From Christensenellaceae bacterium (GTDB lineage: Bacteria > Bacillota > Clostridia > Christensenellales > UBA1750), in NCBI GenBank assembly GCA_031280685.1, contig JAITGM010000020.1:21755-85754 (forward strand): DNA of 64,000 nucleotides, given 5' to 3'. The notes under the pieces were generated by a model. It saw only the letters and a list, made by a program, of their open reading frames with translations, was not told the DNA's origin and ran no database searches. How positions within the stretch are numbered: position 1 is the first letter of the stretch; each line of letters opens with the position of its first letter. Position numbers and translations under genes: made by a program. Shown in pieces: positions 27,604-37,745 of this stretch.

Positions 27604-27779
27604 AGGTTTTTGGGGCTGGGCAAGCCAGAAGGGCGGCACGCTTCGTTGCCGTCCTCAAAGCCGGTGGGCCACAGAACAATGGACGGGCGCGGCGAGTGGC
27701 GAAGGCGCGGGATTTTCGTGCTTTTGGGCAAAAAAGGGGCATATAAATGGAGGCATGAGGGTGGACGGGGGGAAGTGCG

Positions 27780-28055
27780 ATGCTGGATAAGGCAAGGATC
27801 GCCCGGGAGCTGGGCCTTGCGCGCTCGGCGATGACCGGGGAAACGAGGATCCACATGGAGGGCGATTCGCGAATGATCATTGAAGGGCATGCGGGCCTTT
27901 TGGAATACACAGGCGGGAGCATTCGCGTGCGGGCGAAGGGCATGCTGCTCCATGTGGAGGGGGAAGAGCTGATGATGGAAGCGCTGACCGCGGAGGATCT
28001 CATCGTGGTGGGGAAGATCGACAAAATCCTTTTGCTGAAGCCGGAGGAGCGCTGA
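27780..28055 (+). CDS. yqfC: Sporulation protein YqfC (YabP/YqfC family)
   Basis: 91 aa. RIHMEGDSRMIIEGHAGLLEYTGGSIRV...VEGEELMMEALTAEDLIVVGKI matches the YqfC pattern. Followed directly by yqfD. Confidence 0.8.
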   Translation: MLDKARIARELGLARSAMTGETRIHMEGDSRMIIEGHAGLLEYTGGSIRVRAKGMLLHVEGEELMMEALTAEDLIVVGKIDKILLLKPEER

Positions 28056-29200
28056 TGGATAGGCTAAGGGGAACCGTGACGGTGCTGCTCATCGGCCGCC
28101 TGCCGCCCAGGGAGCTTAACCGCCTGGCGGAAAGCCTTTCGCTGCAGGATGTCAGGCGCGAAAAGGTGGGCACTTCGATGCGGCTGAGAACGGAGGATTT
28201 CAACCTGCTCCGGCATCTTTTGCGGGGTTCGGGGCTGAAGGTGCGCATACTAAGGCGCGAGGGGCTGCCCTTCGTGCGGGTCAAGCTCCGGCACAGGGCC
28301 GCGTTCCTGGTGGCGCTGCTGGCTGGGCTGATGGTCGTCTGGGGCCTTTCGCAGACCGTGCTCGAGGTGCGGGTCTCCGGCATCCACGATGAAGGCATGA
28401 AGCGGCAGCTGCTTGAGTTCATGGTTTCGCTCGGCGCCGAACGGGGTGCTTTTCGCGAAAATGTGGATCCAAGGGCGATCGAAGAAAGCGTTTTGCGCAG
28501 CTTTCCGAACCTGACCTTCGCCTCGCTCCACCAGCGCGGGGTGACGCTGGATCTTTTCGTGGTTGAAGCGGTTAAGCCGCCCGAAATCTTTCGGCGCGAC
28601 GAGCCCGTGAACATCGTGGCGAGCTGCGAGGGGCTCATCACGAAGGTGACGGTGCTCTCGGGCACCGGCTGGGTGCGCCCGGGGGACACCGTGCGCCAAG
28701 GCCAGCTTTTGATTCAGGGCTATGATCCATCCAGCGGGAGCGTGCACGCAAACGGTGAGGTCTATGCGCGCATCTGGCAGACTGGCAGCGGGGAGGCCGA
28801 ACTTTATGAAACCCTCCGCGTGCCCACGGGCAGGGTGCACGAGCGCATGGTCATCAAGTGCAGGGGCTTTGAGCTCTGCCTTTTTCAGGGCAAGGCGCCG
28901 TTTGGGGACTACAACCTCAGCAAGGAAGGCGGCTTTTTGCTTGATGGGCTGTATTTGCCCATCGCCTGGGAAAAGCAGCGCTTTGCGGAGGTGGAACTGC
29001 AGCTGCGGCTCAGGCCCGAAGAGGAGGTGCGGCGCCAGGCCGCCCAGCGCGCGCTGACGGATGCGCTCAACCTGGTGCCAAGTGGGGCGCGGATTGTTGA
29101 CAAACGCCTGGAATATAGTAAGATAGGGGAAGAAAAGCTTGCCGCGCGGCTAACGCTAGAAAGTTTTGCGCAAATCGGCGTGCCAGTGCAGGATAATTAG
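28055..29200 (+). CDS. yqfD: Sporulation protein YqfD
   Basis: The N-terminus GTVTVLLIGRLPPRELNRL..., a central TM and conserved gene order yqfC-yqfD-phoH. Confidence 0.75.
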   Translation: MDRLRGTVTVLLIGRLPPRELNRLAESLSLQDVRREKVGTSMRLRTEDFNLLRHLLRGSGLKVRILRREGLPFVRVKLRHRAAFLVALLAGLMVVWGLSQTVLEVRVSGIHDEGMKRQLLEFMVSLGAERGAFRENVDPRAIEESVLRSFPNLTFASLHQRGVTLDLFVVEAVKPPEIFRRDEPVNIVASCEGLITKVTVLSGTGWVRPGDTVRQGQLLIQGYDPSSGSVHANGEVYARIWQTGSGEAELYETLRVPTGRVHERMVIKCRGFELCLFQGKAPFGDYNLSKEGGFLLDGLYLPIAWEKQRFAEVELQLRLRPEEEVRRQAAQRALTDALNLVPSGARIVDKRLEYSKIGEEKLAARLTLESFAQIGVPVQDN

Positions 29201-29226
29201 GGCGCGGCGGCAAAAGGGGAGGATCT

Positions 29227-30216
<990 letters not shown>

Positions 30217-30247
30217 AAATCAAACTTTCCGGTGCGAAGGGTAGAAA

Positions 30248-32536
30248 ATGCAACGAAGGGAACAAAAGAGGGGCGCTGGCACCCGCAGGCTTAAGGAACC
30301 GCAGACCCTGTATTCGGTCTTGCTCCTTACGCTTTGTTTTGCGATGATCTTTGGCGCGCTGCTCCTTTTGGTGACGCCGGAACAGCACGACCTCGTGGTG
30401 GGCGAGCTCGCGCCCAAGACCATCAAAGCCACGAAGGACGTGGAAGACAAAATCGCGACCGAGCGCGAGCGCGAACGGCAGAAGAACTCGATCATCGAGC
30501 CCATCATCAAGACGGATCCCCACATCAGCGACAGGGCGGCCACCAAGGCAAACGAGATTCTCGACGGATTGCGGCGGATTCGCGGCGAATACGCGGTCGC
30601 CGCCATGGCAAGTCCGACGCCGATCCCCCTAACGCCGCAGCCGAGCACCGACGAAGCCGGCGAAACCCCGGCCGACGGCGCCACGCCGGAATCCACCGCA
30701 AGCCCGGCGCCCACGCAGGCCCCGATGCCGACGCTCCCGCCGGAGGAGCGCTACTTAGAGGCGATGGTGGGGGAATTTTCGGCCTTGGGCCTGAGCGAAT
30801 ACGAAATGCGCGCGGTTTTGGGCGCGGAGCCCGCCGCCTTTGAGCACATGGCGGAGGCGCTGACGACCCTTCTTTCTGACGTGATGGAGCGGGGCGTGGG
30901 CGCGGGCAGCCTGGAGATCACCCTAGACAACCTGGCCCTTGATTTGGCCAAGCAAGGGGTGGCTTCGCAGCTCGTCGGCCCGGCGAACGCGATCTTGCGC
31001 CAGTGCGTGGAGGAAAATGCCTTCATTGACGAAGTGGCGACCGAGGCCATGCGCAGCCAGCTTGCCGGTGCCGTGGAACCCGTCATCTATAAAAAGGGCC
31101 AAAACATCGTGCAGGATGGCGAGATCGTGACCGAGCAGCAATATCGAATGATCGAAGCGCTCGGCCTGATCCGTTCCGGCAGGCAGGACTTTAACCTCTA
31201 CCTCGGCTTCGGGCTTTTCATGCTCACGCTGTATTTCGTGACGCTGCTCTATATGCTGCAGTACGAAAAGCAGATGCTCAGAAGGCCCAAAATCGTGCTG
31301 CTGCTTTGCCTCATCATCCTTTTGCAACTCCTTTTTGCCTGGCTGGTCAAGCTCAGCGGCGTGCAGAGCTTTTTCACCCCCGTGCATGTGGCCGCGCTGC
31401 TCATCACCGTGCTGGTGGGGCCGAGGCTTTCGCTGTTCATGAACCTCATCATCGGGCTGTTCGTCGGTGCGATCGTGACCGGCGCCGAAGGCCTGATGGC
31501 GGGCGCAATGTTCGAAATCCTGCTGATGAGCGCGCTCACAGGCTCGCTGGCCGTGTTCCTCGGGCGCAAGATGCTCAGGCGCAGCGCGCTGATGTATTGC
31601 GGCATCCTCCTTGGTTTGGCAGATGCCCTGGTGGTCTTCACGGTTGGTCTGCTGGTCGATACCAACCTGATCGAAACCCTTCTGGCCGCGGCATGGGCCC
31701 TTGGCGGGGGCGTGCTCTCGGCGCTGCTCACCTTGGCTTTTTTGCCGCTGCTCGAGTCTGCCTTCAATCTCATCACCCCGCAGATGCTGCTCGAGCTTTC
31801 CACGCCCACGCAGCCACTTTTGCGCCAGTTGCAGACCGAAGCGCCGGGCACCTACTATCATTCCTTGATGGTGGCCAATTTGGCCGAGGCTGCGGCAGAG
31901 CGCATAGGCGCCAACGCGCTGCTGTGCCGCGTCGGGGCCTATTACCACGACATTGGCAAGACCCGGCGGGCGATCTTCTTTAAAGAGAACCAGCGCGACC
32001 AGCCCAACCCGCACGACGGCATGGAGCCCAAGGTTTCCGCCAATATTCTGGTCAACCATGTACGCGATGGGCTGGTGATGGGCGAAAAGGCGAAGCTGCC
32101 GCAGCGCATCCGCGATATGATCGCCCAGCACCACGGAACCGACATGATGGCCTTCTTCTATTACAAGGCCAAGGAGGCTTCTAAAGAAGGCGGCGAGCTG
32201 GTCGATCCCGCGGATTACCGCTATGACGGCCCTCGCCCCCAGAGCAAGGAGGCCGTGATCCTCATGCTGGCGGATACGACCGAGGCCGCGACCAGAACCC
32301 TGAAGGATCGCGCCCCGGAGGTCGTTTCCGCCTTCATCCACAAGCTCGTGCAGGCCAAGTTCGAAAACGGCCAGTTTGCGGAAGCGCCGATCACCTTCCG
32401 CGACCTTGGCGAAATCGAGGATTCTTTTGTGAAGACCCTCACCGGCATCTACCACGAGCGCATCCAGTATCCTTCGCAGCTCCAGGGCGGCGAAGGCGGC
32501 GAGACGCCGGCCGAGCCTAGCCCGGAAAAGGCCTGA
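30248..32536 (+). CDS. pgpH: 7TM-HD membrane phosphohydrolase (YqfF/PgpH-type cyclic-di-AMP phosphodiesterase family)
   Basis: Extracytoplasmic N-terminal domain, a 7-TM block and an HD domain (YYHSLMVANLAE, YYHDIGK, HHG). Its position between phoH and ybeY matches B. subtilis. Confidence 0.85.
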   Translation: MQRREQKRGAGTRRLKEPQTLYSVLLLTLCFAMIFGALLLLVTPEQHDLVVGELAPKTIKATKDVEDKIATERERERQKNSIIEPIIKTDPHISDRAATKANEILDGLRRIRGEYAVAAMASPTPIPLTPQPSTDEAGETPADGATPESTASPAPTQAPMPTLPPEERYLEAMVGEFSALGLSEYEMRAVLGAEPAAFEHMAEALTTLLSDVMERGVGAGSLEITLDNLALDLAKQGVASQLVGPANAILRQCVEENAFIDEVATEAMRSQLAGAVEPVIYKKGQNIVQDGEIVTEQQYRMIEALGLIRSGRQDFNLYLGFGLFMLTLYFVTLLYMLQYEKQMLRRPKIVLLLCLIILLQLLFAWLVKLSGVQSFFTPVHVAALLITVLVGPRLSLFMNLIIGLFVGAIVTGAEGLMAGAMFEILLMSALTGSLAVFLGRKMLRRSALMYCGILLGLADALVVFTVGLLVDTNLIETLLAAAWALGGGVLSALLTLAFLPLLESAFNLITPQMLLELSTPTQPLLRQLQTEAPGTYYHSLMVANLAEAAAERIGANALLCRVGAYYHDIGKTRRAIFFKENQRDQPNPHDGMEPKVSANILVNHVRDGLVMGEKAKLPQRIRDMIAQHHGTDMMAFFYYKAKEASKEGGELVDPADYRYDGPRPQSKEAVILMLADTTEAATRTLKDRAPEVVSAFIHKLVQAKFENGQFAEAPITFRDLGEIEDSFVKTLTGIYHERIQYPSQLQGGEGGETPAEPSPEKA

Positions 32537-33027
32537 TGCGGCTCGATTTCATCGACCAGCGCGGCCTTGAGGGCGCGGAAGGCCTGCAGGCGCTGCTAAA
32601 AGACGTGGCGCGGGCCGTCCTTCAAGAAGAAGCGCTCGGGCAGGAGGCTTCCTTCTCGGTTTCCATCGTGGACGAAGGGGAAATCCGGCGCGCCAACGCG
32701 CGCTTTCGCGGCGTGGACGAGATCACCGACGTGCTCTCGTTCCCGCAGGTCGGGGGCAGGGTAAAAACCGCAAAAAAGGCGGATCTTCTTGGCGCTTTCG
32801 ACCCGGAGGACGGCACGCTCTTCCTGGGCGATTTGCTGATCTGCGATGCCCGCGTGCGCGGGCAGGCGGAGGAATACGGCCACTCGGTTTTTCGCGAATA
32901 CGGCTACATGCTGGCGCACGGCCTGCTGCATCTGCTGGGTTACGACCATGAAACGAGCGAAGAAAAAGGCCAGATGCGCGCCCTGGAAGAAAGGGCGCTT
33001 GCAGCCATTGGCCTAAAACGCGAATAG
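32536..33027 (+). CDS. ybeY: rRNA maturation endoribonuclease YbeY
   Basis: Zinc motif HGLLHLLGYDHE. ATG overlaps the pgpH stop by 1 nt (TGATG). Confidence 0.92.
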   Translation: MRLDFIDQRGLEGAEGLQALLKDVARAVLQEEALGQEASFSVSIVDEGEIRRANARFRGVDEITDVLSFPQVGGRVKTAKKADLLGAFDPEDGTLFLGDLLICDARVRGQAEEYGHSVFREYGYMLAHGLLHLLGYDHETSEEKGQMRALEERALAAIGLKRE

Positions 33028-33042
33028 GAGAATATACTCAAG

Positions 33043-33942
33043 ATGGAACAGTCAAATAAGGGCTTTCGATCCGGCTTCGTGGCCATTTTAGGCAGGCCGA
33101 ACGTGGGCAAATCCACGCTGATGAACGCGCTGATCGGCGAGAAGATCGCCATCGTTTCCCCCCGCGCGCAGACGACGCGCTTCCGCATCATGGGGGTGCT
33201 CACGCAGCCCCAGATGCAGATCGTCTTTCTCGACACGCCGGGCATCCACACCCCGCGCAATAAGCTGGGCGAGTTCATGCTCTCGGCCGTGCAGAGCGCG
33301 CTCGAAGACGTGGACGCGCTGCTGCTCATGCTCGACGCTTCCGACGCGCGCGAGAAGGATTTTGAGATTTTAAGGCAGTACGCCGCCCTGCCCGCGAAGA
33401 AGGCCATCGTGGTCAACAAGATCGACCTGGTGGATGGCCCGCAGCTTGCGCCGCTGTTGCAAAAACTCTCTGAAATCAAGGCGGATGCCTACATCCCCCT
33501 TTCTGCGCGGAAGGGCAAGGGCCTGGACGAGCTTATGAAGCTGCTCGGCGGCTGGATACCGGAAGGCCCCAAATACTTCCCTGACGACATGATCACCGAC
33601 CAGCCAGAGCGGGTCATTGTGGCGGAAATGGTCCGCGAAAAGGCGCTGCGTAACCTGCGAGAGGAGATCCCCCACGGCATCGGCGTGGAGATCCTGGCGA
33701 TCGAAAATCAGGGCGATGAAAGGCGCGCCGTGACCATCCACGCCAACCTGTATTGCGAGAGGGAGTCGCATAAGCGCATCCTCATCGGCAAGCAGGCGGA
33801 TATGCTCAAGCGCATCGGCGAGCAGGCGCGGGGCGACATCGAAAGGCTCCTTGGGCAGAAGGTGAACCTGCAGCTTTGGGTGAAGGTGCGGCCCGACTGG
33901 CGCAACAGCCCGCTCGATCTTAAAACCCTGGGCTATGAATGA
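33043..33942 (+). CDS. era: GTPase Era
   Basis: G1 GRPNVGKSTL, G3 DTPG, G4 NKID and a C-terminal KH domain. Confidence 0.95.
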   Translation: MEQSNKGFRSGFVAILGRPNVGKSTLMNALIGEKIAIVSPRAQTTRFRIMGVLTQPQMQIVFLDTPGIHTPRNKLGEFMLSAVQSALEDVDALLLMLDASDAREKDFEILRQYAALPAKKAIVVNKIDLVDGPQLAPLLQKLSEIKADAYIPLSARKGKGLDELMKLLGGWIPEGPKYFPDDMITDQPERVIVAEMVREKALRNLREEIPHGIGVEILAIENQGDERRAVTIHANLYCERESHKRILIGKQADMLKRIGEQARGDIERLLGQKVNLQLWVKVRPDWRNSPLDLKTLGYE

Positions 33943-33980
33943 GGAAAAGGGCTTAAAAGCGAAAAAAGGGGGACTTTTCG

Positions 33981-35351
33981 TTGGATTATGCCATCGTTTT
34001 GGCGGCTGGCGAGGGAACGAGGATGAAATCCGCGCGGCACAAGGTCTTGCACGAACTCTGCGGCAGGCCGCTGATCGACTACTCCATTGATTTGGCTCTG
34101 GCCGCCGGGGCAGAAAAGCCCATCGTCGTCATTGGCGACAAGGCCGAGCAGATCACCGCCCATTTAGGCGAGCGCGCAGCCTACGCCAGGCAGGATTTTC
34201 AAATGGGCTACGGCACCGGCGCCGCGGCCCGGGCCGCGGAAGGCCTTTTGAACGATGAGAGCGGCCTTTGCTTTTTAACGGCTGGGGACGCGCCCCTGTT
34301 TGGTCTGGAGTCCCTGCTGGCGCTACGGAAGGCGGTCGAAGGCGGCGCCGCGGCCGCCGCGCTGCTGGCCGAGATGAGCGAGCCCTTCGGCTATGGCCGC
34401 GCCGTTATGGAAGGTGAAACCTTGATCGATATCGTAGAGGAGGCGGCGGCCAGCGAGGAGCAGAAAGCCATCAAGCTGGTCAACGTTTCGCTCTACTGCG
34501 TTAAAACCGCGCTTTTGAAGGCGGCGCTGCAGAGGCTAAAACCCCATCCGCCCAAGAATGAGCTGTATTTGACCGATCTCGTGCCGATTTTGACCGAAAT
34601 GGGCCATGAAGTGCGCGCCGCTTTCTGCGCGGAGGAGGACGCCCTGGGCGTGAACGACAGGGTGCAGCTTGCGCGGGCGCAGAAGGTGATGCAAAGGCGC
34701 ATTCTGGAAGCGCAGATGCGCGCCGGCGTCACGATCATCGACCCATCGAATACCTACATCGACTTTGGCGTTACGATCGGGGCGGATAGCGTAATCCATC
34801 CCGGCTGCCTGCTGCAAAGGGGCACGAAGATCGGCCCGAACTGCACGATTTTGCAAAATTGCCGCATCGAGGGTTCGATTTTGGAAGAGGGCGTGCGGGT
34901 CGAAAGTTCTACGCTCCGCGAAGCGCACGTGGGGGCGAACACCACCGTCGGGCCCAACGCCCACCTGCGCCCGGGCGCCCAAATTGGCCCAAACTGCCGC
35001 ATCGGCGACTTTGTGGAGATCAAGAACTCGCGGATCGGCGCGGGCACGAAGATCTCCCACCTGACCTACGTGGGCGACGCGGACCTGGGCGAAGGGATCA
35101 ACCTGGGCTGCGGCGTGGTCTTCAGCAACTACGACGGCAAGGCCCATCTTAGAAGCCGGGTAGGCGACCGCGCATTCATCGGCTGCAACGTCAACCTCAT
35201 CGCGCCGGTCACGGTTGGCGAGGAAGCCTATATCGCGGCTGGCTCGACCATCACGCAGGATGTGGAGCCAGGCGCGCTGGCCATCGCCAGGGAAAGGCAG
35301 CGCAACATCCCTGGCTGGGTCGAAAAACGCAAAAAAGAAGGGAAACTTTAG
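33981..35351 (+). CDS. glmU: Bifunctional GlcNAc-1-P uridyltransferase / GlcN-1-P acetyltransferase
   Basis: LAAGEGTRMKS nucleotidyltransferase motif and left-handed beta-helix hexapeptide repeats in the C-terminal half. TTG start. Confidence 0.92.
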   Translation: MDYAIVLAAGEGTRMKSARHKVLHELCGRPLIDYSIDLALAAGAEKPIVVIGDKAEQITAHLGERAAYARQDFQMGYGTGAAARAAEGLLNDESGLCFLTAGDAPLFGLESLLALRKAVEGGAAAAALLAEMSEPFGYGRAVMEGETLIDIVEEAAASEEQKAIKLVNVSLYCVKTALLKAALQRLKPHPPKNELYLTDLVPILTEMGHEVRAAFCAEEDALGVNDRVQLARAQKVMQRRILEAQMRAGVTIIDPSNTYIDFGVTIGADSVIHPGCLLQRGTKIGPNCTILQNCRIEGSILEEGVRVESSTLREAHVGANTTVGPNAHLRPGAQIGPNCRIGDFVEIKNSRIGAGTKISHLTYVGDADLGEGINLGCGVVFSNYDGKAHLRSRVGDRAFIGCNVNLIAPVTVGEEAYIAAGSTITQDVEPGALAIARERQRNIPGWVEKRKKEGKL

Positions 35352-35465
35352 CGTTTTCGCTTTTTTCGTCGTCTGGTTATGGCCAAGCGCTATCCCGGCG
35401 GCTGACAGGCCCTACCAATCCCTTTCGCCGCCGCAATTGCTGCGCAGCGCCTTGAATTGCATCTT

Positions 35466-35493
35466 GGGGGGGGGAGGGGAGGGCACGCGGGGG
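35466..35493 (+). repeat. G-tract cluster (G9-A-G4-A-G3...G5)
   Basis: GGGGGGGGGAGGGGAGGGCACGCGGGGG at 35466-35493, ~100 nt upstream of the tandem-GNAT gene. Confidence 0.9.
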
Positions 35494-35589
35494 AATCGGA
35501 GCCGAGCGCGCCCGTGACCTACCCTTCACAAGGGCGAAGCAGGCCGTTAGCGCGCTGGGCGAACCATACACAAAAGAGAGGAGGTCTCT

Positions 35590-36579
35590 ATGCTTCGCAT
35601 CGAGGATGCCGCGCCTTATCGCGGCCGGATCGACGAGCGCATCGCTCAAAGCTGGGGCGAGAAGATCGCGACGCGAGGCGTGCTTTACGACGTTCGCGAT
35701 TACCCCTGCCTGGCCGTGCTCGATGGGGAGGAGTTCCTCGGCTATCTTCTCTATCGCATCGAAAACGGCGAGTGCGAGATCCTGGCGCTAGAGAGCTTTA
35801 AGCAGGGCCGCGGCGTCGGCAGCGCGCTGATCGAGGAAATGCTAAAAAGGGCGACTGAACGGGGCTGCGGCCGCGTTTGGCTCGTTACCACGAACGATAA
35901 TCTGCACGCCATTCGCTTTTATCAGCGCTTCGGTTTTGATCTGCGCGCCGTGCACATCCGCGCGCTTGCTCTTTCGCGCACGCTCAAGCCGCAAATTCCC
36001 CTTTGGGGGGAGGAGGGGCTGCCGATCGCCCACGAATTCGAGTTCGAAATCGCCCTGCCCGAGCGCGCAAGGCTCGTTTCCCTACCGATAGGCCCCAACG
36101 CCGAGCTTGCGGCGGGCATCGTTCGCCGCGCCTTTCAAACCGTGGCAGATGCATTTCAGCTCACGCCCCAAAACTGCCCCTCGCATCCCGCGTTCATCAC
36201 GGCCGAGAGGCTCGAAAAGCAGCTTTCCGCCCCGAATTGCCAGAGCCTTGCGCTGGTCTTTCGAGGCGCCGCGGTCGGCTTTGCGGCGCTCCTCCCAGTT
36301 AAGGAAGAAGGCGCCTTCGAGCTTACGCGCCTGGCCGTTCTGCCCGAAAAGCGGCATAAGGGCTATGGGAAAATGTTGCTCGATGCCTGCGCGCAAAGGG
36401 CGCGGAGCTTGGGCGCGGCAAAGCTTTGCATCGGCATCATCGATGAAAGCGAGGGCCTAAAAAACTGGTATGCGGCCTTCGGCTTCGTGGAAACCGCGAA
36501 GAAGCGCTACGACGCTCTGCCCTTTACCGTTTGCGAGATGGAGCTTGACCTTTTAGCGAAAGGGGAGGAGAAGGAATGA
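35590..36579 (+). CDS. Tandem-GNAT acetyltransferase (two acetyltransferase domains)
   Basis: Two GNAT cores: QGRGVGSALIEEMLKRA...FYQRFGF and RHKGYGKMLLDACAQRA...WYAAFGF. Confidence 0.8.
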   Translation: MLRIEDAAPYRGRIDERIAQSWGEKIATRGVLYDVRDYPCLAVLDGEEFLGYLLYRIENGECEILALESFKQGRGVGSALIEEMLKRATERGCGRVWLVTTNDNLHAIRFYQRFGFDLRAVHIRALALSRTLKPQIPLWGEEGLPIAHEFEFEIALPERARLVSLPIGPNAELAAGIVRRAFQTVADAFQLTPQNCPSHPAFITAERLEKQLSAPNCQSLALVFRGAAVGFAALLPVKEEGAFELTRLAVLPEKRHKGYGKMLLDACAQRARSLGAAKLCIGIIDESEGLKNWYAAFGFVETAKKRYDALPFTVCEMELDLLAKGEEKE

Positions 36580-37232
36580 AGAAGGAATACGCAAAAATGC
36601 CGCCCTCGATGACGGGAAGGCAAAACTACGGTTTTTCGTGGATGGAATTCGTCTGCTCGATCCCTTCGCCACTCTTCGTCGTCAGTTCCTACAAATCAAA
36701 CGGCAAGCCAAACGCCTGCCTGCAATCCTGAGCCTGCTTCAGCTCCGATGGCGACGAAAAGAGCTTTTACGTTCTTTTGTCGAGCATTAATAAGAAGGGG
36801 CACCTCTATCAAACCCTGAAGGAGGGCGGCGAGGCGGTTCTCAACTTCCCTTCGGCTGAAGTTTACCCGCTATGCTATAAAACAGTCGGAAACAACGGCT
36901 TTGATGACGACGAAATCGCCCTTTCGGGCTTGACGGCGGAGCCAGCCAGCCTCGTTCACGCCCCGCGCATCAAGGAATGCTTCCTCGATCTGGAATGCTG
37001 TTTCCGCTGGGAGCGCGACATTGCGGAGGGGGCAAGCCATGCAGTGGTCTGCCTTGAGGTGCTGAACCTCTGCATGGACGAGGCGCATCTGGATGAAAAT
37101 GCGCTGGGCCGTTGCGGCGAAAGCGGCTATGTTTATAACCTGCACTACCCGGTGAACCCCGAAGGCTTTGGCGGCAAGTCGCGGGACTATCTGGCCGTGC
37201 TGCAAAAGCTCGAAGAAAGTGAGGAATACTAA
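36576..37232 (+). pseudogene. Flavin reductase-like (FMN-binding split-barrel) gene interrupted by one in-frame TGA
   Basis: ATG 36576 overlaps the GNAT stop (ATGA). The reading frame is continuous to TAA 37230-37232 except for TGA at 36729-36731. The stop sits where the family has its conserved Trp (N..LQS[W]ACF), so this looks like TGG to TGA. Confidence 0.7.
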
Positions 37233-37256
37233 CGGCGGAGTGCTTCGACATCCTGA

Positions 37257-37700
37257 AACAGGCAGGGCGAGCCGGGCGGGAAGACCGCGCCATGGGCCAG
37301 CGCGCGGGGGCGGGTTCCTGATGCAAAGAAGGGCGCTAGGCAAGGCCTTTCTGCCTGGCGGCTAGGATTCCACACGGGGCACGTCATGACAGGGGAAGGC
37401 TCAAGGGCCGCGATGATGAGGGAAATCGGGGAGGAAATCGGCCTGAACCCGAATGAAGACGAGCTTGGCTTCATCGGCCGGGTAGTCTGGGAGCGTGAGC
37501 ACCATCTTATCGACCTTTGCTTCTTAAAGATAGAGTTTAAGTTGGAAAAGCCGCGCCTGCAAGAGAGCGAGGTCATCGGCGTGAAGGCGGTTTTCAGGGA
37601 GGAAATGCTGGCATTGGTCGCTGGAATGAACTGCCGCCCCGAGGAATACCGCCAAACTGTGGCTGAAGCGATCCGCCTGCTTGAAACATGCCCGATCAAA
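37257..37700 (+). pseudogene. NUDIX hydrolase remnant (5'-truncated/frameshifted, no stop before the terminator)
   Basis: NUDIX box GHVMTGEGSRAAMMREIGEEIGL. The in-frame upstream part (37257-37385) has no start codon. An N-terminal-like FDIL... piece lies in another frame. The ORF runs through the terminator hairpin and continues antisense into the ispH fusion. Confidence 0.5.
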
Positions 37701-37701
37701 C

Positions 37702-37738
37702 AAAAAAAGGCCCTGAAGCTTGGCTTCAGGGCCTTTTT
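37702..37738. terminator. Bidirectional rho-independent terminator
   Basis: A7, stem GGCCCTGAAGC (37709-37719) / GCTTCAGGGCC (37723-37733), then T5. Confidence 0.85.
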
Positions 37739-37745
37739 GATGGGT

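Noticed and set aside
30923-32455. 510-aa minus-strand ORF antisense to pgpH (and similar ones: 17755-18801 vs ftsZ, 22691-23836 vs the M20 gene, 26219-27639 vs spoIVFA/B, 15073-16147 vs DUF881/sbp, 934-1536 vs the SH3 gene)
   Set aside because: Same reasoning as above. The sense strands carry clear family motifs. The antisense products are low-complexity Arg/Gly/Ala/His-rich with no RBS or motifs.
36729-36731. Selenocysteine or alternative genetic code at the in-frame TGA
   Set aside because: Many neighbouring genes terminate with TGA (for example the ATGA overlaps at 2766, 50973 and 59762). No convincing SECIS-like hairpin follows the codon. The codon aligns with a conserved Trp, not a Cys.
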